Positions 1 to 12,582 are shown, counted from the whole stretch's first letter. The stretch is 63,305 bases of DNA, filler included, from Sphacelaria rigidula (GCA_964200075.2; 5 parts of 5 records of this genome joined end to end with filler, not necessarily neighbours in it); one strand, 5' to 3'. Notes: generated by a model not told the origin, from the sequence alone. Made by a program: numbers and translations.

Positions 1-639
1 TGTTTCCATGTACTTACTATTTATACCCGAGTCCGGCAGCATCAGAGTGGCCCAAAGTTACCCAAAAAATATATTCTAGTAAAGCCAAATCGCGTAAAAA
101 CACGCCTCCGGCGGGGCGCCTCCAGCGGGGCCTCCTCACCAGCCGGGGGAAGGCGGTGGTCGCGGCTTTGCCGCGGCACCAGTGTACTGTTTGGACCCAG
201 TATACTGGCTGCTGACCGCAGCCAGTACACCTGGTACTGGCGCGCAGCGCCAGTACCCAACCCTACCATTTTCACGTGAAGAAATGTAAGAAACGAGAGC
301 TTCATGCTGAACAACGTCAAGACCCGTCTTTACTCAGTGAAAACGAAACTCGAGGTTGGAAATCTCACTGTGTTTCTCGCGGTGATGGCAATATATTCCC
401 TACTATACCTCACCGTAACATGGTGGTCAGCGTCAGGTGTACAATATAATATAGTTCGGCCGTACATGAATACATTTGTATAGATGTAGGTTCCCAAACG
501 ACACCGATTTGAGACGTGTAATATATACTGTAGTTCAAAACAGCAAGTATTGCGTGTATTGCACGAGAACTGACTACATGTCCCCAAGTGGAAGTTTTCC
601 GAGGTGTCAGTTACCATCCAAGTCACACGCAAGTCTCAC

Positions 640-825
640 CTCATTTCTAGCAATTTGAAGCTCTCCCGCTGACTTGATTCTGGCAATTTGGAGCTCTTCC
701 GCTGACTTCATCTCTTGGAGTCTAAGCCGTTCCGAAAGGTTTTGCATCTCAGTGAGCTCTTCAGCCGAAAGACCGCCTGTCTTCTTGGAATATTCCTCAC
801 CTGCGGCTTCCAGGCGCTTACATTC
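640..825 (-). CDS. Exon 4 of coiled-coil/HMMR-like gene (gene continues beyond the scaffold start)
   Basis: ttttgcag|ECKRLEAAGEEY...IARNE|gtgaga, 186 bp, phase 0/0, coiled-coil composition. Confidence 0.8.
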
Positions 826-1197
826 CTGCAAAAGGTCACACGTGTAGTCAGTGTAGTCAGCCCATAGTCGGCAGGGATGGGAAAGGACGGGTATGATATG
901 CTGACGCTAAGACCTGCCGATATTCCTCGTGTACATGGGGCAGGCACACTAGCCTCGCCAACAGGAAGAGCAGGGTGCGGTACAAAAACGGGTGAGGAAG
1001 CCTAGCGCACATGCTGCATGTCAGATTTCCGCTGCTACACAACAAACTCCAGTCTTGTGCATATCCGACACAGAGCCCTACAGCGCCAAAAAAGACACTT
1101 CAATTCTTGTAAAAAAACCAACGAGTTGAAACATCATCTTTGCGTGCACCTCATGTCGCTCGATGGGAAGGGAAGAGAGTTAAAAACATTATGCCAC

Positions 1198-1342
1198 GTA
1201 CGCACGGCAGAAGGAAGGTGGGGTATTAGAAACAAATAAAAAAGAAGAATCTCCTGTGTTGACCTTCCTCCTGTGTGATCCCGGCTGATGCGCCCACATA
1301 TACCGAAAGGTGTAGACTCCTGCCCAGAAAAAATGGAACGAC

Positions 1343-1375
<33 letters not shown>
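1198..1375 (+). mobile_element. SINE family A, 5'-truncated copy with (CA)n tail
   Basis: Matches the 3' half of the copies at 14963, 48608 and 56388 (gcaccgcaggaggaaggtgg...cggctgatgcgcccacatataccgaaaggtgtagac). Confidence 0.8.
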
Positions 1376-1377
<2 letters not shown>

Positions 1378-4246
1378 CCAGGAGGGCATTCCGCTGCCGC
1401 GTGCACACGTCCCTCTCTTCCTCAACCGCCCTAACCCTGACCTCACAGGCCTCAAGCGCGCGCTTCAGCGCTCGCATGCCGGCAGACGATGCAACGAGCG
1501 CGCCGTTGGCCATCTCCAGCTTAGCAACCGCTTCTGTCCTCTCTATCACCATCGCCGCGAGCTTCTGCCCGAGCTCCAGACTCACCCCGTGAATATCCGC
1601 GAGACCCTTCTTCAGATGAGCATTGGAGTTATTGTCCAACTGGACGCTAGCTTCGATGTCATCCACAAGGTGAAGCATCGTCGCTGACTGAGATTCAAAC
1701 TCGGCGATCTTCGCTGCTTGGCGGGAAATGGTGGCGTTAGCCGCGTCAATCTTGGCCGCCTGCTCCGAAACCGTCTCGGTAGCGCCTTTGATTTTCTCCT
1801 CCCTAAATTCCACCGCAATCTTCAGCTTGGCGGCCGCCACCTCGCTGTCCTTGAGGCTCCTTTCCAACATCTGCGTTCGCGCCCCCGCCGCGTTGACCGC
1901 CTCCATGGACGACTTGAGCATGTCCCGCAGCTCGGCGCACACCACGTCTTTCTTGTGGACGGCCTGCTCCAGGTGCTTACCTCGCTCGCCCTCGGCCCCG
2001 CGCGTGGCGATCACGTCTGCAAGCGACTCCCTGCGCGCTTTAAGATCTGCTTCTTTGACCAGTACCCTCTCCGTCAGTCGAGAGATTTCTACGGTGGCCT
2101 CTTGCAGCATATCCTCCGCCCGCTGGCGCTCCTGCTCGCTTTCCTCCGCCTTCTTACTCGCGTCCACCGCATCCGCGACGCTAGCGGCAATCTGCTCTCT
2201 GGCGTCTTTCAGCTCTTCCGTCAGGACAGCGACCTCGGCCTGGCTCACGTCGAGCTCCTGCTTCAGCTGCTCGCCGGCGGCCACTTCAGCTTCAAGATTA
2301 GAAATGGTGTCCACTAGTACATCCATCTCTCGTGAGTTGGCGCCTCGACTACTGTTGAGTCTCTTCTCCAAGCCACATCTTTCACTGACGGCCTCGTTAA
2401 GTCTACTCTGCAATTTTTCCACCGCACGCAGGTGACTTTCGCACTCGTCCTCTTTTTCTGCGATCTGCTTCCCCAACCGCTCGATCTCGGCGATGCGATC
2501 AGCGTTCTTTTTCTCTGCCGCTTCGGCCATCTTTTCGGTGGCTGCCGCGGATTGGGCCAACCGTTCCTCAAGCTGTTTCTTCTGTTCCGCCTCTTCGTCC
2601 AGCTTATCTTTGGTGAAGGAGAGCTCCTCCTGCATGCTCGTGCATCTGGCAAGCGTCTCGATAAGCTCCTCTTGCGTGCGCGCCCCGCGGGCGACGGCCC
2701 CAACTAGCTGCGATTCCACCGACTTCAGAGATGCCATGAGCGCTTCGCAGGAGAGGTCCATCTTGGTCATTTTTTCTTCCATCTGCGCGAAGTCATCGGA
2801 GCTCGTACCGACTCGCTCCATCGCCTGCATCAGCTCTCTTTCCATCACCACCCTCTTATCCTCGCTGTCGGACAGCTGTTTCGCCAGACGTAATTCTTCG
2901 GCATCCGCCATCGCAAGTCGACTATTGGCAGCATCGAGCTCCGTCGTCAACCGTGCCGCAGCTTCTCGGCTGTCCTGGAGAGCCGACTTCAAAACCCGAG
3001 CCTCCGAAGCCGCGGAAGCATGCTTTTCGGTAACGTTTTCCAGCTTCTCCTTAGCCAAGTTGCACTCGTCCCGAACACTTGCCAACTCGTCTTCAATCTG
3101 CTCACCCTCACTTGCTGCGCTCGCTAACCGCAGTTCCGTCTTGCGAAGTGACGTGCGCAGCCTGTCCACCTCTTTCACCTTCTCGCATAACTGCTTCTCG
3201 AAGGCGTGCTTCTGCGTCTGTTCCGCGGACAGCTGATTTTTCGCTTCCTCGCGCTCTGCCCACAGCGCTGCGCAGTCCGCTTCGGTGTCCCGTAAACGTT
3301 CTTCGCACCGTATGGAGGCGTCAGCGTACTCCACGCTCTCCGCGAGCGCGTCACCGAGCCTCTGTTGCAGTGCTTCCGAGTTCGCGACGCTATTCGCTAG
3401 AGAATCCTCCAGCATCTTCACGTTTTCCACCGCGGCCGCCAGCTGAGCGGTCATGCGGAAGACTGTCTTCTCGCTTTCTTCCAAGCGCTCCTCAAGGGTA
3501 CTACGCTGCTCCCGCTCTGCGACGATCTCTCCCTTTAGGTCGCTCAAAGCACACACCGTATCTGCCCCTCCGGCGGTTGCCTCCTGCAGCCTCTTCTCGG
3601 CATCTTGCAGCGCATCTCGCAGTTCACTCACACTGCTCTCGTGGACGCTACTGCTTTCTTTACTTTTCTCTAGACTTGCCCTGCATTCCTCCAACTCCGC
3701 GCGGAGACGGCACGACAGCTTTTCAAGGGTGCGTCTTTCTGTTTGCGCCGCTCCGAGCTCGTCGTGGAGCGCCTCCGCCTTCTTCGACATTCCTTCGGCC
3801 GCCGCCGCGCTCCGACTCGCGGCCGCTAGCGCAGCACGCATCTCCTCCTTTAGGGTCGCGTCGGCGGCCTTGAAGTCGGAAAGGCGCTGCAACAGGTCGG
3901 CTTCCCGCTCCTCTGCTTGCCGAAGTTTTGCCCCCGTAGAAGACTCTTTTCCCGACAATTCGGAAACCTGTTGTTGTAGAGAGAAAATCGTGGACGACAG
4001 CTCCTCGTTTTGTTTAGTGAGTGAGGAGGATGTGGCTGCCGCCTCTTTCGCCGAAGCCCCCGCTGCGGCGACCTCTGAGGACAACTTCGCAGCTCTTGCC
4101 TCCGCCGCCTCCAGCAGTTTGGCATTGGCCGTGGTCTCTCCCGCCTTCCATTCGGCCGCTTCGGCGCGTTTGATGAGCGCATCCCGCACTGCGATAGCTT
4201 TGGCGGCCTCGGCTCGAGCTTGGGTCTCGCTCTTCACGAGCGCTCT
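1376..4246 (-). CDS. Giant exon 3 of coiled-coil/HMMR-like gene (957 codons)
   Basis: Core of the 1003-aa ORF, with E/A/L/K heptad composition. Acceptor acag at 4247-4250; donor LLE|gtgtgt at 1375. The ORF tail VCVCVC is (GT)n intron. Confidence 0.9.
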
Positions 4247-4540
4247 CTGTGTGCGTCCATTTCAGCAGAGATAAGGCGATACTGTTGGTTTAACTGGTCG
4301 TCTGGCAAACTAATATTGATTTGGCATGAATCCAGCTAGGGCCATGAAATAAATATACCCGAGATATCATGAAAGAATGATGACTAATCGACACTCCAGT
4401 GAAAAGAGGGCGACACACAAATAAACAGCGGAAGGCAATGTAAGGACAAGGGAAAAAAAAAAAACGAGCAGCTTTGGACCAACGGACCCAGACAAGAAAA
4501 CTGTCTCCGGATAAAGTATTCTGTACCGTAGTGAGGTTCA

Positions 4541-4641
4541 CCCTTTGACCGCGAGGGTAGGACACCTGCTGAGTCGGCATCAACTTTACTTGAAAAAATT
4601 ACGCGTGGTCCAGATGGAATTCCACCATCGCGGTCCAAGGG
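4541..4641 (-). mobile_element. piggyBac-like MITE (~100 bp)
   Basis: TIRs ccctttgaccgcga / tcgcggtccaaggg, flanks TTCA/TTAA. Internal sequence is the reverse complement of the 5607 and 24866 copies. Confidence 0.75.
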
Positions 4642-5606
4642 TTAACTGCTATCTAAAACGAGCGTAAAAAGATGGCAAAATGGTGTCCAATCCGTGGCGT
4701 TCAAAAATGCGCAATGGTGACACTGACAGCCAAATGTCAAAGGTGCCTCTTCTGGCTGCAAAAAATTACACATTGGTTTCACACTGACAACGGCGGCGGT
4801 TACAAATCGTGTCGATTCCGGCATGGGAATTCCCACCTTCACCAGGTTTTCAGGACAAGGTGCAGGGTTTTTGGTCTCTGCTGCTCCGTCTTGGACAGCC
4901 AAGACATCATCCGGAACCATCAAATAGAAGGCAGCTGGGCGTCTGGCTGGTTAATGTAGAGTTGGGCACGATGTGTCCTCTTCGATGGGAATAGGGTTTA
5001 GGTGACAAAATGCTTTTGCGGGCGGAATCACGGATTGACATGGAGCCTATGGAAGGATATAATCCAAGCACGAAACGAAAAAAACAATACCGTACTCGGT
5101 AAGGCATCTCACCGGATCGCATTTCGTAGAGAAAGCTGCCCAGTGTTATGTCAACTGGTCAAGGAGACGGCTAAATAAGCTCAGCTTTCCCGCCGTCCAA
5201 GGCGTGATAATTACAACGTTCAACCGCTCGAAAAAACACGGGAAAATTGCCCACGTGATACCACCCCTGATTGACAGTGAGAGGACAGTCTTACAAATAC
5301 GTCCCAGCAAGGTGTTATACGGTCCATCTTTGTATTTACAACCGTTTTTGAACATGCAGTGCCATGATATCAGTTTTCGAGTATCTTGTCGCGTAAAATC
5401 TATCGGATCGGTGTTGGATGTGTGAACAACAACACCCTCCCTTATAGTTCACTTTCGAGGAAGCGAGGGTAATTTGAGCGATTTTGAAGAACTGGCTCAA
5501 AGCAGGTCCCTCATCATCTCCTGTACACAGTACAGTAGACCACAGGAAAAGCACCGCACATTGGCTTGCTCCACACCTCCACCCTGGGCTCGTACATGTG
5601 AGTTAA

Positions 5607-5703
5607 CCCTTAGACCGCGAGATTAGTCTTTCTGGATCATGCATACTTTTTTCACTTGAAATTGATGCCGATCCAACAGAAGACTAACCTCGCGGTCTAA
5701 GGG
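5607..5703 (+). mobile_element. piggyBac-like MITE (97 bp)
   Basis: TTAA-cccttagaccgcgag...ctcgcggtctaaggg-TCAA. CCC/GGG termini and TTAA target are typical of piggyBac. Confidence 0.8.
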
Positions 5704-6516
5704 TCAAGGCTCCGTAGCTGTCGCAGGCACCATAGGACACGAGTCTTTCCGACTGCTTGACACGCCGTGTCGTGTACATCAATTGAAAATAATCACCACT
5801 GCGACCTCTTCGCTCAGAGAATGGGGTGTTCATCTTGCAGAACGCGCTCATGATGGTGAGATCGCTATTTGTGTCGATGGAAAAAAAGCCAGCGAGGAAA
5901 AAAATGATATCTGTAATTCACCGCCGATTTGTATTTGAAAAAAGGGCTTGATTAATTGTGCTACTGTACCGTCTGTATATTAGTATACTTCGACAAGACT
6001 TCGCGCGATCTGAGAGGACTCCAGTGCATTTTTCCGATTGTCGTACGCCAAGTATGGCCCTTGGCCGGACGAACATGGGATATCTCACCAATCGAGTAAC
6101 TACTGTTGTGTTCCTGTAGCTTGCCATCATTTTTCTGGGGATAATTCGAAGGATGTATGGGGTTTTAGAACAAACGGCGTGTCCGACTAAACGTCAAACC
6201 GGGCGTACGAGATGGAAAACACTTCGCTAAAAAACAGAAATACCGACTGCGCTGCTTGGCGATATCGCTGAATAAAATTTGTACTGTACTGTACTGTACT
6301 GTTGTTGTTTTTCGCCCTTGCGCAGCTGCCTTTCTTTCTGCTGTTCCTATATAGTGCCAACCATTTTCATCCGACTATGCTGAATCCGATTCCTGCTTCG
6401 CTGTAATCCGACAGTTGGATTCGTTGCCTCATGTGACGATTCGTCAACACTCACAAATTGCAGATCCCGCTACTCTCCTCTTCCTCACGTTTTGGACGAG
6501 CTGGGCCCACTGCTCA

Positions 6517-6921
6517 GGCCGCTCCTTATAACGGACGAGAAAAAAAATCTGGAAACGTGCCTTTTTGGAGTTTTCACGTCGTTTTACGCCCAAAAGAGAG
6601 CTAGGCGGAGTCTGACACCTTGGAATGACTTGCTTTACTGGTTGAGGTAGTTCCTGGACGCCTTCCCGTTTTCCGGTGGCTGCGGTTTTTATTTTGGCCA
6701 AACAAGAATTTTTGGCGCGATTTTCTTTTCGATTTGACCATTTTTTACCGTTCTTGAACAAAATCTCTTGTTTGGCCAAAATAAAAACTGCGGCCAGCGG
6801 AAAACGGAAAGACGTCCTGGAACTGCCTCACTAGTTCCGCCTAGCTCTCTTTTGGGCGTAGAACGACGTCAAAGCTCAAAACGGAACGTTTTCAGGTTTC
6901 TCTTTGTTATAAGCAGCGGCC
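6517..6921. mobile_element. PIF/Harbinger (Tourist-like) foldback MITE, 405 bp
   Basis: Arms of ~170-190 bp are imperfect inverted repeats (ggccgctccttataac / gttataagcagcggcc; ttttggccaaacaaga / tcttgtttggccaaaa). 3-bp TSD TCA on both sides. Confidence 0.85.
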
Positions 6922-9900
6922 TCACCTGCCCCAAATCGTAAATTGTCTCAGACTTTCTCCAGTCTAAAATCAATTAGTCATGCCGCGCCAACCATAGATT
7001 TCAGCCCAAAGCTACAGCTTTTGTGTACTCGTGCTTCCCACGCAGCCTGTCCGTTAGGCTTGATAGTTCGCTACAGACACACCACATATAATGAACATTT
7101 TATATTGCCAATTTTTCCGAAGGAGATGGACTGGCTCACTAAAATACACTCGGATTATATCTGAAAAACCAAAGTGAGCTGTGTCCGGAGAGGGTCGAGT
7201 TTGGGTAAGAAACTGTTTGCCTGACATGTCATAGAGAAAACGAAAAGTGTGAGTTGGGGCGCATGGAGTGAAGGAACCGTCGGGCTAAAGGTAGATGTTG
7301 GAAAATACTTGATTTTAGTGCAAAACCATCAACTTCGATGGATCTTGATAGGTCACAGCGTCAAAGCTGTGTGCAAGAGACGCATTTTGGCGTCCACGGA
7401 GCCCATTCGAGCTCTACCAACGTGTGCTTTGGCTAGGACACCACATGTGGCTCGTTCTCCGAGGGTTCTGGGTATGCCTCAGTTGGGGTCAGGTTTTTGG
7501 ATAGGCTTGTACCGCCTTCCATGAAGTGAAGATACGGGCGTAGGGCCCCAATTTCAATGCCAAATTGGATCAAGATCAACGGGCTGCACGAGTGCTTATA
7601 CAGGGTTGCGGGAAAAGTTGTGAAGGGAAAAACGGGCGTAGAGATGGATTAATCGCTTGGGATGCACTCGTCGCGGGAAAAAGAGTCGTACTGTAACTCC
7701 TGCACCCCGAAGCAAGCAGTTTCCAGTCCGGGGGGTGTGCAGTAGCGAGCCGCTGCGTCCTGAGTTTGTGAGTTTTCGGATGGGAAGTATCAGTGCTCGG
7801 CAGGACCTCAGGTCTGTCGATCAGCACGAATCGTCTCAACATGCTCCTGTAAGCTATCGGGTTGTATAACGCACAAACTAGGTTTACCGTATCCAAGATA
7901 ATCAATCAATCAATCAATCAATCAATCCAAGAGCGCATGTATATACATGGTTGACTGGTCGTTGCACCAGAGGGGGCGACAACAGTGATCTATCGTAAAA
8001 ATTGCAGTAAAATCTACAGTGCACAACACGGTCCAGTGCTTCTGTTTCTAGCCAAGCAGCACAAGGAAAGTCTTTCCACATTCACCAGAGGAACAACGAG
8101 ACTGCTCCTCGACTTCGTACTCGGCAAGCGTTCGACGTTCAACGGCTCAAAAGTGAAAGAAACGCAGCAAAACATCGGCGAGGTTTCGGGTCTACTACAA
8201 CAGTACGGCATCAGCAGAATTTACTCCAGGGAGGGTTCAAGCATCTCAGTATACTTCTTGCACTGCCGTATGAGTACGGACTGCTCAGGAACGCAGTTAG
8301 ACACACTGATGGAATGGATGAAAAAATGCTTTCCGTGGAAGGGTCGATGTTGTAGTTTTCTTTCAGATTGATCCTTTGTAATGTATGAAGAATGCTTCGA
8401 GATTGAACACTACCCTATTTAATTAAACCTGCTACTACATCATGCCGGTGCTGACTATAGGATACTGTGTTATCACTAAACTCCGTTGGTGTAGCGACTG
8501 TTTCGCGTTATAATTTTCAAGGGGTTTTCGTCAAGTATTCAGAAAATTTATGTTTGCTTGTATCGCCTCACGCGCCGATTTGTTGCGAAAAGAAGCGTTC
8601 TGTGCATGCTTGCCAGCAAGTGGGACTGTCATCCCCGCTCACAAGCCAAGTGTTGTTTAGACTGAAATCGAGAAATCTCAACCATGAACAGGAAGGCCTA
8701 CGGACTGAGAAAAACGTCACTGGGCGGCAAGAGCCTGCCCCACTCGCCCTACTATATGATGAAAGTCTGGCCTGTTGAGACAAAAAGATGTTTTTTCATG
8801 GCCGGGGTAGGTCGCCGATTGAAATGGCATCACTTTAACTTACAGAATGAGATGGGCAGGAATAACCCGACCTGACGGGAAGAAGGTTAAATTTCGTCTC
8901 ATCTCTTTTCTTGACCTGTGGACATTTCCGCGGTCCTGTGGTACGAACGGGCGGACCCTCAGGGATTCATGCATTCTCCTCCTCCCAATTTTGCCCAAGG
9001 CAGAAATGCAGAAAACCCAGTTGCCACAACTGCTGCACTGTTTGTACGTGCGGTGAGATGAGGTCCCATGCTGCGGGTGTTTGAACGCGGCGTGGGGTAT
9101 CAGTCAGTCCTGTAGTGTACATGAATGCTTTCAAGTACTGTACTGTATTGAGCCGCGCATGTATAATACAACGGCGGCGCACCACCATTAGACCTGTAAA
9201 GCCATACATGGGGCGGGATTCGAGGCCCTTTGCGCGTTAATCAGATCTGTAGCCCGATCATAGCAGGGTGTCGAAGTACGGGGTCCTGGGCTGAGCTATT
9301 ATGGTACAAGTTTATCGCAAGTTGCGACGAAAAAGAGACTGTGGAAGTACATCGGTGCCGTGCGGCACAGGGAGCGAGTATGGTGGAAGTGTCGAATGCT
9401 TCGAGTGCTGCCCGCGGATACATACATTTATCGGTCATTTCTCAAGCAATGATGCCGATTCAAGATATGGACACCACCGGGTGTGCGTAGGGCTCAAGCT
9501 ATCGCAAACACATCGACCGTTGAGAGAAGGGTATGAGGTCGGGGAAATGCGCGGGGAACTTTCCTGAGCTCCTTAGGGCATTCGAGAATCGCGGCGGTCC
9601 TTTTCTTCCTCCGTCTCAGTATGCGAGCTGGATCCGTCTGCGCATGAGATCCCGATACCTACGGCCCATTAATGACATCCCGCCCATACTGCAATGCCAT
9701 CTCTGTCCAAATCTCGATAGAGTACCGCGCTGGCACGGCTACTACCGTTTATGGATTCTAACCAGTCAATACTTTCGACTTGCCGGCGAAGCGGCCTGAA
9801 CTGATGGGCTATCGTTCTCCCTCCGTCCGTCTACCGTTCGTGGGGATCAAAACATGGATTGAGTGTATGTTTCAGACGAGTATGGTGAAACTTGGATGTC

Positions 9901-9937
9901 TTTCCGTTCGGAAAATTGGGAAATTTGATCGTTTCAC

Positions 9938-10012
9938 CTCTCTCTCTCGGAGTCTCGCCGCCTCCGCTTGGACTTTTCCCCTTTCTCTCTCACTCCACGC
10001 TAGCTGCTTGGC
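9938..10012 (-). CDS. Exon 2 of coiled-coil/HMMR-like gene
   Basis: tctcgcag|...|gtgaaa, 75 bp, phase 0/0, AKQLAWSERERGKVQAEAARLRERE. Not in the ORF track. Confidence 0.7.
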
Positions 10013-10613
10013 CTGCGAGACCACAACGGCAGGCAGCACGCGCAGGGGGTACAGTGCAGGGCAGGTGTATCAGAGGATGCAGCATATGCAATGCCAGGCG
10101 TGTAGTGGTGCGCACAAGCCGAGAGTTATCCTACAGTGTCATGCCGGACATGTAGTGGTGCACACAAGCCGAGAATAATCCTTGACCACATTACATGACG
10201 GCTCAATATCTGTTGTACGGACGAGTTTGTGGGAACACTGTAGGACAACGGGTTATGAGTGCGGTCATGTTCCCTGCATTGACCTGCTCAATTCAGCGCT
10301 CCTTCTGGAGTTGTACAGTTATATTATACTGTTGTACAGTCAGCTGCCTACTAAAGCTGTGCTACTTATTAAACTGCTGCTGCATGTACTCCCCTAGACC
10401 TATACAACGTCATGTTGCCTTGTCTGTAGCAATTACTACTAATATACAGAAAACATGTGCCGAAACAACAGTAAGTAGACATGCGAAAGAGGCGGGCAAA
10501 TCAGCTAGAACCAAGAAACGTGTCGTATGTACGATACAGCCTCAGCCTCACATCTGCTTGTATGACAAACGTGGACACAGATACACACGCGCGCGTGGAC
10601 ACACATAACACAC

Positions 10614-10952
10614 CTGCTGCTGAAGCTCCATGTGCATCAGTCTAGAAGCTGGCGCTTTGTTGGGCGACTGGGGAGAGTCGCGGCCGCACGAAACAGAACG
10701 TCCCAGTGTCCGTTTCTTTCCATTGCCGTCTGGCACAGTTATCGACAGCTGCGGAGAACATGCGTCGCCGTCGTCTTCGTCATCCCCAGGCGGCTCAGTT
10801 GGTATTGTAGACTTAGGTGCTGTGAAAGTCAGCGAGCAAGCGCCTGCATTGATCCCGGTTGACTTCGGTAAGCACGGGTCATAGTCGCCGGGACCCAGTT
10901 TACTGGAGCCTTTGTCGTCTTGGAATCGGCCTGCTTTGGCAAAAAGTGTCAT
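10614..10952 (-). CDS. Exon 1 of long coiled-coil protein, HMMR/RHAMM-like N-terminus
   Basis: ATG at 10952. MTLFAKAGRFQDDKGSSKLGPGDYDP resembles the HMMR N-terminal pattern (M-x-F-x-K...RF-x-D...PG-x-YD). Ends QQQ|gtgtgt, phase 0, 113 codons. Confidence 0.75.
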
Positions 10953-11094
10953 CGAAGTCTATCCACTATCCGCCCACACGAAATCTTGCCGCTTTCAAAC
11001 GGTCTGCACTACGCTTGAGGTTACGCAGTAGTATGTAAACCACGGTACTGAAGAGTAATCTTGTAAGAGCCGCCGTCCAAGACCTCAACTCAAC

Positions 11095-11173
11095 CCAGCA
11101 CCAGCACCAGCACCAGCAGCGGTAGCAGCACCAGCACCAGCACCAGCACCAGCACCAGCACCAGCACCAGCAC
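11095..11173 (+). repeat. (CCAGCA)n hexanucleotide repeat upstream of the coiled-coil gene ATG
   Basis: Read directly, with one interruption; about 140 bp from the ATG at 10952. Confidence 0.9.
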
Positions 11174-12399
11174 CCTGCGCCGCCGGATGGTGTGCTGCTA
11201 TTGACGACTGATGCACACCGAACACCAAGGGTCCCTCTCTGAGGTTTCGAGTTAGGGACTTACGAGCAGTCTGGTTTGCTGAGCTGTGAGTACTACTACT
11301 GCTGTTCCCGCTTATCGCACTAACTACAAGAAGTGAAAGCTGCTATGGTTTGGAGCTATTACAAACTACACCCACCACGTCGTGGCAGTTGCTTGCGAGA
11401 GACAAGTACTGCGTACCTTGGGAGCTACAACAGCAAAGCTTCGTTGCCCTGCTGGGAGTGGCTATCGGGTGGGGACTGGGAGGAATTTGTTGAACAACAG
11501 AGAGTAAAACTAAAACTTCGCCGCAAAAACCTAACCGTCACCATCTGCCCGCCAATATAAATGTACCGCCGTTGTCGTTTTCCATTTTTTTCCTTCGGGT
11601 CTTGATCTAAAAATCTTTCAACGTATGTTCGTCGTCGCTGCATCCTCGTCCAGGCGTTCGTCGCGCGCACACGCTCCGCTCTCAAACCTAAACATTAAAG
11701 GGCCACGATAAACCGAAAAAATATGTGCAAGCATATCATCAACGCAAAGGTACGGAGAAAAAAATAGGCCCGTCAAATCGTAACGTGTACGCATAGAATG
11801 TAATCGAAGAGATGGCGTGTGTGTTCATGTGTGATTCAAGGATGCGTGGCAAACATAATTTTGTCCGTCACAATAAAGCTGGACATCAAGACAACAGCTC
11901 ATTGGGCAGGTGATGATCAGCGTCGCTTTGACATTCGTAACATGCACTAGGACATCCGCTGAAGAAGAAAATGAGAAAACAAGGGCTCCAATACTCCATG
12001 CAGCCACTTTCGAGTTGACGATTTCTGCGCGTGGTGTTCGCAGGTCAGTATACAAACGCCATGTTGCAAAAAGTGGTACGAGTGCCCCGAATGTCACGAT
12101 GAAAAAGAAGGCCACCCCCAGCAGGTCAACCAGCTAGTGGTGAGAGAACGAGAGCGTGAAAAGGCGTAAGTGACCAGCAACCTCTGTCCTATGTATACTG
12201 GGTGGAGGGAGTAACTAGATACAATCCGGAGGCCATCTATTTTCAATTGTTGTGTACTCCTCACATGGACAGCAAAGTACCAGAGCTCCAAACTGCAAGT
12301 TGCTGGGTATAGCATCGGCTATCGCCATCAAGAAAAAGGCCTGAAAAAAAACGAGGCTGAGATTTTCTCCAGGCTGGGCACTGGCGGAGTGTGGTTTAA

Positions 12400-12582
12400 C
12401 CCTTAGACCGGGAGATTAGTCTTTCTGGATCATGCATACTTTTTTCACTTGAAATTGATGCCGATTCAACAGAAGACTAAGACCCACTTTTATGGCAACG
12501 AGTCCCGATTTTTACAAATATGAGGATTTCAGCCCATCTATAGGCGATTTCCTCTCGTGGATTGATTTTTCGGACCCCAGTC
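12400..12582 (+). mobile_element. Left end of a longer piggyBac-like element, cut by scaffold end
   Basis: TTAA followed by ~80 bp nearly identical to the 5607 MITE, then different sequence instead of the right TIR. Confidence 0.65.

Noticed and set aside
1283..1310. Hammerhead ribozyme core (CTGATG...GAAA) in SINE A; also CTGATGA at 18217(-) and 52065(-)
   Set aside because: CUGANGA consensus or the stem II closing pair is missing, and stems I/III cannot be formed.
1275..4274. Long + strand ORFs (199-273 aa) opposite the coiled-coil exon
   Set aside because: Antisense shadows of a GC-rich, codon-biased exon; Ser/Ala/Arg-rich with no independent signal.
7985..9800. Possible nested + strand gene in the HMMR-like intron
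   Set aside because: Short ORFs with no homology I can recognise and no consistent exon chain.
11825..12115. Hydrophobic ORF as the cytochrome b561 part of the DOMON gene
   Set aside because: It lies on a different scaffold across an artificial spacer and lacks the b561 His pattern.
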